Assembly (NCBI GenBank): GCA_020353515.1
Contig: CP070695.1
Location: forward strand, 4,092,291 to 4,128,120
From: Candidatus Heimdallarchaeota archaeon
GTDB taxonomy: Archaea; Asgardarchaeota; Heimdallarchaeia; Hodarchaeales; Hodarchaeaceae
Reading direction: 5' to 3'
DNA length: 35,830 nt
Numbering within the stretch: the stretch's first letter is position 1; every line of letters begins with the position of its first letter. This document shows positions 29,060-35,830 of this stretch, piece after piece. A model generated the notes under the pieces. The model saw only the letters and a list, made by a program, of their open reading frames with translations, was not told the DNA's origin and made no database searches. The translations under genes were made by a program, and so were the position numbers.

Positions 29060-30088
29060 TTATCCGTCCTTTTTATCTTCCTTATAGTAAGCAAAATTAT
29101 CATAAGAGAAATCTAGTTGCAATTCTGAGAATATTGAATCAATTTCACCCATTATACGTTGTGAGATTGGGCCTAACTCCAAAGATTTTGCATTTTCAGT
29201 TATCTGGTCAACCGTTTTAGCACCTGGAATAGGTATTGCACGGTCATTCTTCGCCCAAATATATCCTAGAATCCCTTGAACTAAAGTTCTGCCTTGTTCC
29301 GTTAATAGCTCCTTTAGCTGGTCTAGAACTTGGAAAGTTTTGATATAACGCTCAGTAGTAAAATCAGTTTTTGATAACATATGGTCTGGACCACGTTTTG
29401 TATCCTTGGTGTATTTTCCTGTTAAAGTTCCACTCGCAAAAGGGCTACGAATAATCCCTGCCAAATTATTTTCTTCACATAATTTGGCCATTGGTGTATT
29501 TATCCGAGTAATCGTTAAAACATACTGTATTGCTGTACAGTGCTTACTTTTGGCAAATTGTTCTGCTCGACTGACATCATCCGTGCTCCACCCATAATAT
29601 CGAATTTTTCCTTCATCTACTAACTCCTCTAAACAATCTCTGATTAATAATGCACTAGAAGAATCTTGTCGAGCATTATGAAGCTGATAAATATCAATAT
29701 AATCAGTTTTTAACCGTTTTAGACTTTTAGTAACAGATTCTCGTAATTTCTCTAGAATAACGGATTTTTCAACGTTTTGTTGCGTTTTTGGGTCATAAAC
29801 ACTTCTGAATTTAGTAGCAATGACAACATCGTCTCTAATCTCTTTCAATGCTTGACCTAGCACTTCTTCACTATGACCATGACCATAGGCTTCTGCTGTG
29901 TCAAACAAGTTAATTCCTATCTCCAAAGCTTTATGGATTGTTTCTAATGATTCATTATCATTTACATTGCCGTACGCATAAATTTGGCCATCCTTGTTTT
30001 TGAATGATCCACCAATAGCAAAACAACCCATTCCCATTGCACTAACTTTGATATTACTTTTACCTAATCTTCTTGTGTACAATTCCAT
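29060..30088 (-). CDS. Aldo/keto reductase
   Basis: FDTAEAYG, IATKF, IDIYQLH, SPFASGTLTGKY and IPIPGAK. Confidence 0.93.
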   Translation of the reverse strand: MELYTRRLGKSNIKVSAMGMGCFAIGGSFKNKDGQIYAYGNVNDNESLETIHKALEIGINLFDTAEAYGHGHSEEVLGQALKEIRDDVVIATKFRSVYDPKTQQNVEKSVILEKLRESVTKSLKRLKTDYIDIYQLHNARQDSSSALLIRDCLEELVDEGKIRYYGWSTDDVSRAEQFAKSKHCTAIQYVLTITRINTPMAKLCEENNLAGIIRSPFASGTLTGKYTKDTKRGPDHMLSKTDFTTERYIKTFQVLDQLKELLTEQGRTLVQGILGYIWAKNDRAIPIPGAKTVDQITENAKSLELGPISQRIMGEIDSIFSELQLDFSYDNFAYYKEDKKDG

Positions 30089-30127
30089 TCCTTCCTTACT
30101 TATTATTAATGAATTTACTACATGAAA

Positions 30128-31117
30128 TTAGACAGAGATTCTTATTTCCTCAAAAATTTCGTTGATAGCTCTCAATAAATCAGGTTTTAATGGACCATAC
30201 TCCAAGATCGCAGCGTTTTCTTCGATTTGCATTACTGTTTTAGCTCCAGGAATAGGAATTGTTTTGTCACTTGTACTCCATAAATAACTTAACAATGCTT
30301 GAACAATAGTCAAATCCTCACCTATAAGCAGCTCTTTTAGTTTTTCCAATTTCTTCTGTCTTTTGATAAACCATTCTTCAGAAATAAAATCTCGTTTATA
30401 CCACATATGATTCTCTGTTAAGTTTTTCATATATTCTTCAGAGTATTTACCTGTTAATGTTCCACTACCTAGCGGAGATCGAATGACACCTGCTAGATCA
30501 TGTTGTTTGCATAATTCAATCATTTTGGGGTTACTACGTGTAATGTGAATAGCGTATTGAATAGCTGTACAGTTTTCACCCTCTGCAAAAATCTTAGCTC
30601 TCATGATATCGTCGGTACTCCACCCATAGCCCCTTATTTGACCTTCTTCAACTAAATCCTCGAGTATATTCATAACATTTTTTGCACTCTCAATATCATG
30701 GTTACCATCATGAAGTTGATATAAATCTATAAAATCCGTTTTTAATCTTTTACAACTTGCATCAAGCGCGTTCCGTATGTAATTAGGATCAACGTTTTTC
30801 CCAATGACCGTCTTTGTTACTTCATTAAATTCATTGGCAAACTTTGTTGCAATAACCAAATCATTACGGTCGTAATCAGAGAGGACTGATCCTAGGATTC
30901 GTTCTGAGTGTCCACATCCATAAACATCAGCAGTATCAAAAAAATTCACTCCTAAATCGATTGCTTTATGAATTGTTTTTTTTGATTCATCATCATTTAC
31001 ATACCCATAAGCCAAGAAATTCCCATTTTTCCCCTGAAATGGGCCTCCAATAGCAAAACACCCCATTCCTAAGGCACTAACTTTAATATTACTCTTACCT
31101 AATCTTCTTGTGTACAA
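30128..31117 (-). CDS. Aldo/keto reductase
   Basis: FDTADVYG, IATKF, IDLYQLH, SPLGSGTLTGKY and IPIPGAK; GAGG upstream of the TTG start. Confidence 0.93.
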   Translation of the reverse strand: MYTRRLGKSNIKVSALGMGCFAIGGPFQGKNGNFLAYGYVNDDESKKTIHKAIDLGVNFFDTADVYGCGHSERILGSVLSDYDRNDLVIATKFANEFNEVTKTVIGKNVDPNYIRNALDASCKRLKTDFIDLYQLHDGNHDIESAKNVMNILEDLVEEGQIRGYGWSTDDIMRAKIFAEGENCTAIQYAIHITRSNPKMIELCKQHDLAGVIRSPLGSGTLTGKYSEEYMKNLTENHMWYKRDFISEEWFIKRQKKLEKLKELLIGEDLTIVQALLSYLWSTSDKTIPIPGAKTVMQIEENAAILEYGPLKPDLLRAINEIFEEIRISV

Positions 31118-31149
31118 TTTGATTCAACCTCTTTTCGTTTTACATTTAA

Positions 31150-32103
31150 TTATTTATATGTGTATTCATATTCTCCTTCCCCAGTAAGCCTGAAGCCATA
31201 GTTCGCATATTCCTTGAAAAATTGTCCTGAACATGATGCCCACATACGAAATTCAGGGATTTCCTTTGATTTGAGGAATTTAAATCCAGCCTTAAACATC
31301 GCTTTACGTAATTCTGGTAGATTTTCATAACTAAAATCAAGTGCTAATTCGTTTAGCACCCCAATAGGATGTGTCAATGTCTTATCGTAATCGTATGGGG
31401 GAAAATTAATTCGAATACTCCACCAAGCTACTAATCTCCCATTTTTAAGAATTAAAGTGGAATTTTCTGGAGAATATTTACCCGATTCAAATCCGGAAAT
31501 TAATTCCTCTTTAGATAAATCACGACCAGCAATCTCCTCTTTAGAGTATCTAAAATCCAGTAGGTCATCAACTTTGTTTTGATTAAAGGGTATAAAGTTA
31601 AAATCCGTAATGTCGTAATTTAGTTCATCAGTTAGAATAACTAATCGCTTGTTTTCACGTATCGACTTAATCGGTACAATTTTTTGATTTTTTAGAAAGG
31701 AATTGATTTCGTTGTAGTTACTGTTATATGTTGAATGAATCCTTTTAGCATTCTTTGATTTTGCTAAATCATAATTTGTTTTAAAGAGCAAATTGAGTGT
31801 TTCTTCAACGCGATGTTTCTTAAGAATTAGGGGATAATGAAGATTGTACGATCCTAATCGGCCATAACATTCTGCATAGCCAACAATTCCGTCTTCTGAA
31901 TGGATTAGAAATTTAATATTCTCAGAATTATACTCGTACCCCATTCTCAGACTTCCATAAATAGGATTTCTTATTCTAATCTCTTCTGGTGTTGTTAAGG
32001 GGATATTTGGGTCAATTTTTGACATTACATTGTTAAAAATTGAAGCTTGGACTTTCTCATCGCCCTCCTGATAGTCTTGAATTGTATATTTTTCATTTGA
32101 CAT
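31150..32103 (-). CDS. Putative tandem GNAT-fold protein (paralog of 32116..33066)
   Basis: Two GNAT-like beta-strand patterns (IKFLI..DGIVGY and LILKNGRLVAW) and a C-terminal YANYGFR; no canonical acetyl-CoA motif A. Confidence 0.6.
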   Translation of the reverse strand: MSNEKYTIQDYQEGDEKVQASIFNNVMSKIDPNIPLTTPEEIRIRNPIYGSLRMGYEYNSENIKFLIHSEDGIVGYAECYGRLGSYNLHYPLILKKHRVEETLNLLFKTNYDLAKSKNAKRIHSTYNSNYNEINSFLKNQKIVPIKSIRENKRLVILTDELNYDITDFNFIPFNQNKVDDLLDFRYSKEEIAGRDLSKEELISGFESGKYSPENSTLILKNGRLVAWWSIRINFPPYDYDKTLTHPIGVLNELALDFSYENLPELRKAMFKAGFKFLKSKEIPEFRMWASCSGQFFKEYANYGFRLTGEGEYEYTYK

Positions 32104-32115
32104 TTTTTTATTCTC

Positions 32116-33066
32116 CTAAGTAAATATGTAGCTGATTTCTCTCTCCCCAGTTGGTTTTAATCCAATCTCATCACATAATTCAATGAATGGACTCGTACTT
32201 ATAACAAACACTCGATATTCAGTAATATTTTTCTTCTTCAAATATTTATAGGATGCTTTAAACATTGCTTTCTCTAATCCAAGGCGATCTTCATGATCCA
32301 GTCTTCGAATATACCCCCCTGGAACCGCAATTGGATGTTTTATTGCTCGTCGTGATTGTGCTTCATTGATGGGTGTGTGAATTGAAACACTCGTCCATCC
32401 AATAAGATTCTCATTTTGATACACAAAAAACGTTTTTTCTGGTGAATATCTCCCAGAGCTAAACCCTCTTGACAAACTTTTAGCAGATATTCCATCACCG
32501 ATAATGTTATTGTTGTTTGAATATCGAAATTCGATTAACTTCTCAATATCATCCTTCGTAAATGGTTTCAAGTCATAGTCAGGCGTCTCAAAGTTTAAAC
32601 TCTCAACTGGAATAGTATATTGTACCGCAATCTGTATTCTATTAATTTTCGCAATATTTTGGTTCTGAAAAAAATCGTGCACTTGAGTATATCTTTCTAA
32701 GTAACTATGCGTAGCAATAGCTACACCTGGATATTTTGATTTTGAAAATGCATAGATAGCTTCAAAGAGCATGTTTAAAGTTTCATCAGATCTATGTTCT
32801 TTCAGTATCAAAGGATAATCTAGATAATTAGTATCCACATATCCACGACATTCACCATAGCCACTAATTTTTCCATTAGGACAAATAAGGAATTTAATAT
32901 GTCCATGTGAAAATATAGGAACCCTTGCCTGAATAGTTTTGATATTTTCTGCTGAGAGGAGAGAAATTCCAGGCTCTATATCTTTCATTACCTGGTTGAA
33001 AATAAAAGCCTGGGATTCTTCATCACCATCTATAAAATCTCTTATCGAGTAGTCTTGGTGATTCAT
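32116..33066 (-). CDS. Putative tandem GNAT-fold protein (paralog of 31150..32103)
   Basis: Shares GDE..QA.IFN.VM, IKFLI, YPLILK.HR..ETLN.LF, FRYS, SG.YSPE, KAMFKA and TGE with its neighbor. Confidence 0.6.
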   Translation of the reverse strand: MNHQDYSIRDFIDGDEESQAFIFNQVMKDIEPGISLLSAENIKTIQARVPIFSHGHIKFLICPNGKISGYGECRGYVDTNYLDYPLILKEHRSDETLNMLFEAIYAFSKSKYPGVAIATHSYLERYTQVHDFFQNQNIAKINRIQIAVQYTIPVESLNFETPDYDLKPFTKDDIEKLIEFRYSNNNNIIGDGISAKSLSRGFSSGRYSPEKTFFVYQNENLIGWTSVSIHTPINEAQSRRAIKHPIAVPGGYIRRLDHEDRLGLEKAMFKASYKYLKKKNITEYRVFVISTSPFIELCDEIGLKPTGEREISYIFT

Positions 33067-33110
33067 TTTTAATTTTCCTTTGTTTATTTTTGGATAATTC
33101 TGATAATATA

Positions 33111-33168
33111 ACGTTTCAAGCTTCTTTTGAAGCGTTCAGAAATTTATTTCAAGTTCAATTTGAAACGT
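33111..33168. promoter_or_regulatory. Two palindromic operator-like sites (TTCAA-N7-TTGAA) between divergent promoters
   Basis: ACGTTTCAA-gcttctt-TTGAAGCGT (33111-33135) and TTTCAA-gttcaat-TTGAAACGT (33147-33168), 33 bp apart, flanked by TATA-like boxes at about 33103-33111 (-) and 33177-33183 (+). Confidence 0.75.
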
Positions 33169-33256
33169 AAAATCTGATATATAGTTTTCGAATGTGGCTA
33201 AGTGAGAACTATAAAAAATAAGTAACAAGTTTACCATCTCCTATAGAATCTTATAA

Positions 33257-33955
33257 GTGAAAAGTGATCTTAAAATGACTGATGAGCACCAAATATTATT
33301 TGATTATTGGGATAAGATCCCCTCCTTCGCATACATAGATGTTCCTAAAGATAAATATTATTCTCACCCAGTGAAAAGTGAAATCATTGGACTTCTCAGG
33401 GAAGGCATTGAAGAAAAGTCTTCAGAAGGTAAATCTAAGGTACGTCATGCGCTTAATGTGATCGAAATCAAAGAATTTCTAGAGCGAAAAAGAGACATTA
33501 ATATGAGTTCAACGAATCTTTACTTCCACTTGGATATTCTCCAAGAGATTGGATTAATCAAGATCGTCGCAACATTGCAGAAAGGCCCTCACGGACGTAA
33601 TAAAGTCAAATATTTTGGACGTGTTGCACGAAACCTTTTCGTTGGAAGTGAAAAAATTAGTCTTTTGAATTATACTAAGCGATTCGAAGAATTTCAAAAA
33701 CTTGCTAATATATTAGAATTATCACTTCCCAGCGATTATTCAATTTTACCACAAAAACTATTAGAAACTAAACAGCAATATTATAAGGTGTTAGGTAACT
33801 GGTTGGTAGATCATGAAGACATAATTGCCAAGGAGAAACTGGATATAGGAACACTATACGATTTTCTTAAAATGATTAATGAAATCAATCCTAAATACAA
33901 CGATCTTTTCAATGAAGTGTTTTCTCTCCTTAAGAATGAAATTTCAGGATTGTGA
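33257..33955 (+). CDS. Winged helix-turn-helix (ArsR-like) transcriptional regulator
   Basis: HPVKSEIIGLL, ALNVIEI, STNLYFHLDILQEIGLI and KYFGR. The start may be ATG 33275. Confidence 0.85.
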   Translation: MKSDLKMTDEHQILFDYWDKIPSFAYIDVPKDKYYSHPVKSEIIGLLREGIEEKSSEGKSKVRHALNVIEIKEFLERKRDINMSSTNLYFHLDILQEIGLIKIVATLQKGPHGRNKVKYFGRVARNLFVGSEKISLLNYTKRFEEFQKLANILELSLPSDYSILPQKLLETKQQYYKVLGNWLVDHEDIIAKEKLDIGTLYDFLKMINEINPKYNDLFNEVFSLLKNEISGL

Positions 33956-33958
33956 ATC

Positions 33959-34615
33959 ATGCAGATTATCCTCACTCCAGATTTAAGGATGAAGTATCCT
34001 GAGTCTATTTTTGGCAGCTTAATAGTAAGAGAGGTTCCCAATAAGAAGATGCATGAGACTCTGGAAATACGTAAGCGAGACCTAGAGCAAAAAATCAGAG
34101 AAGATTCTGAAGACGTTCGAAATTTTGACATGATTCGGTATTACAATACTTATTTCAAGATGTGGAAGAAAATTTATCCCATAGAGTACCAAATAAAGAC
34201 AATAAAGAAAGGTAGACAGTTTCCACGAGTTTCAGTACTTGTTGATAGTATGTTTATTGCTGAACTTAATAATATGATATTGACGTCTGGTCATGATTTT
34301 GACACAATTCAAGGGGATTTAATCTTTGATGTTTCAAAGGGTGGTGAGCAATATTTAAAAATCAATGGAAAAAAACAGGAATTGAAGAATGGAGATATTT
34401 TACTTAAAGATGAAGAAGGTATTCTCGCATGCATTCTTTATGGGCCTGCTAGAAGAACAACCATTACTTCAAATACCAAAAATGCCCTATTTTTTGCTTG
34501 GTGCCCTCAATCCATAAAGGAAGAACTAGTTAAAACCCACTTGCAAGAGATTCTAACAAACATTAACAGTATATTTTCAACTAGTACATCCAAAGTTCAT
34601 CTAACTCGTCCATAA
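33959..34615 (+). CDS. Stand-alone B3/4 (PheRS beta editing-like) domain protein
   Basis: YNTYFK.W.K.YPIE, FPRVSVLVD, SGHDFD.I.G, LKNGDI..KDEEG and TTIT..T.NALF. Confidence 0.82.
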   Translation: MQIILTPDLRMKYPESIFGSLIVREVPNKKMHETLEIRKRDLEQKIREDSEDVRNFDMIRYYNTYFKMWKKIYPIEYQIKTIKKGRQFPRVSVLVDSMFIAELNNMILTSGHDFDTIQGDLIFDVSKGGEQYLKINGKKQELKNGDILLKDEEGILACILYGPARRTTITSNTKNALFFAWCPQSIKEELVKTHLQEILTNINSIFSTSTSKVHLTRP

Positions 34616-34646
34616 ATAAAACAGGATGTATATACATTAATTAGAG

Positions 34647-35324
34647 TTGAGTTTAATGGTAAAAAAGTATCCTTTTATTCCATATCATCTTCAAACTTAT
34701 TCTGAAGACGAAAAGATCAAGAGATCTTATGAAATGTACAATTTTATGAATTCCAGAAGGTCGATACGTAGCTTTTCAGATAAACCTATACCACGAGAAG
34801 TCATCGAAAATATTGTCAGAACTGCTGGTACAGCACCATCAGGAGCTAACATGCAACCTTGGGTATTTGTGATAGTGAGTGACTCTGATCTCAAACGTAA
34901 GATTCGATTAGCTGCAGAATTAGAAGAAAAAGAGTTTTATGACCACAAAATTTCCAATGAATGGCGTCAAGACTTAGCTCCATTAGGTACTAGTTGGGAA
35001 AAACCATTTCTTGAAACAGCTCCCCAGTTGATTATTGTTTTTCAGCAAAAATACCGCTTGGATGAGAAGAATATCAAACGAAAGAATTATTATGTTATAA
35101 AAAGCGTTGGGATTGCCGTAGGAATGCTTATTCTAGCCATTCACAATGCAGGCTTAGCAACATTGACACATACACCTATTAGCATGAATTTTTTACGAGA
35201 TCTTTTAGGTCGGCCTGAAAACGAGAAAGCGTTCGTAATTATGCCTGTTGGATATCCAAAGGAAGATGTTGAAGTACCTGATCTAAAAAGAAAACCCCTC
35301 TCGGAAATTTTGATCTGGAGTTAA
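34647..35324 (+). CDS. Iodotyrosine deiodinase (IYD)-type nitroreductase
   Basis: RRSIRSFS, AGTAPSGANMQPW, EEKEFY, WRQDLAPLGTSWEKPFLETAP, SVGIAVG and LTHTP. The start may be ATG 34656. Confidence 0.88.
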   Translation: MSLMVKKYPFIPYHLQTYSEDEKIKRSYEMYNFMNSRRSIRSFSDKPIPREVIENIVRTAGTAPSGANMQPWVFVIVSDSDLKRKIRLAAELEEKEFYDHKISNEWRQDLAPLGTSWEKPFLETAPQLIIVFQQKYRLDEKNIKRKNYYVIKSVGIAVGMLILAIHNAGLATLTHTPISMNFLRDLLGRPENEKAFVIMPVGYPKEDVEVPDLKRKPLSEILIWS

Positions 35325-35724
35325 GATTTGTTCAATATAACTAGTTTTAATTTACATGTGGCTGCCATATGTATCAAATATGCACCAATTTCCTATTAAT
35401 ATTCCAAATTTTTTAATATAATTCATCATTATCTTAATTAACCTCTTTTTGATTTTTTCTTTTATTTAACCAGATTTATACAATTATATTCAACCTTTAA
35501 TAAGTCTATCATTATTTTCTTTGTTCAAATTTAAAAGAAGATATTCCTTTACACTTGAAAATTGGGGTAGATAGAGAGATTTATTAAGGTCTTTCTTTTC
35601 TCCTTTTAATGGAAGTAAATAGAAGCTATCAAAAATTAATATTACTTTCAGATAAAGAGCCTTACACAAATTATTCTTACGTTAGACTTCGTCTTAGAAT
35701 GGAGAAGTTAAATAATGGTAGCAG

Positions 35725-35829
35725 TTAATCTCCTTTCATCATTTCTACTAGTGCTTTACCATGTAATCGATTAATAATATTCTGAATATAAGTCAGAGTA
35801 ACATAATTATGGGCAATAGAGAAGGTCAT
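35725..35829 (-). CDS. Probable 3' end of a gene entering from beyond the window
   Basis: Open frame ...MTFSIAHNYVTLTYIQNIINRLHGKALVEMMKGD* from the window edge; no motif recognised. Confidence 0.35.
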   Translation of the reverse strand: MTFSIAHNYVTLTYIQNIINRLHGKALVEMMKGD

Positions 35830-35830
35830 T

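Noticed and set aside
2728-33955. Short track ORFs nested in or antisense to long genes (e.g. 2728, 6086, 7185, 7894, 8191, 9043, 11461, 13083, 14237, 15280, 15581, 16636, 17053, 17474, 20046, 23811, 24672, 28267, 29406, 31146, 33811)
   Set aside because: They are shadow ORFs of well-supported genes with no recognisable motifs.
1-35830. CRISPR arrays, tRNA/rRNA, IS elements, selenoprotein TGA readthrough
   Set aside because: I saw no regularly spaced repeats, GC-rich structural RNA, transposase or split redox ORF on visual inspection.

Overview
AT-rich, gene-dense window that reads as archaeal. An Asgard (Heimdall/Hodarchaeales-like) origin is inferred from the gene repertoire (tungsten AOR, ADP-forming acyl-CoA ligase alpha, SCP2, PlsC, zinc-ribbon membrane protein) and TATA-like promoters; this was not verified. 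It holds about 31 protein genes, and I found no rRNA, tRNA, CRISPR or transposase. Main blocks: (1) a partial Cys/His-rich zinc-finger + SAM-methyltransferase gene missed by the ORF track, YdjM-like hydrolases and a beta-oxidation pair; (2) a minus-strand operon nucleotidyltransferase -> uvrA -> metal-ligand-dead MBL-fold protein -> degenerate YdjM-like protein, with a structured leader; (3) ACD alpha, Nudix and M20 peptidase; (4) a catabolic cluster AOR -> SCP2 -> class II aldolase -> LsrK-like kinase -> D-2-hydroxyacid dehydrogenase; (5) a PlsC acyltransferase + membrane alpha/beta-hydrolase pair, ThpR and an MFS transporter; (6) a divergon with GNAT-like x2, aldo-keto reductase x4 and a VOC protein on one arm, a wHTH regulator, stand-alone B3/4 editing protein and iodotyrosine deiodinase on the other, and two TTCAA-N7-TTGAA palindromes between them. 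The best candidates for undescribed systems are blocks 2 and 6. All calls rest on motif recognition by eye; no database searches were run.
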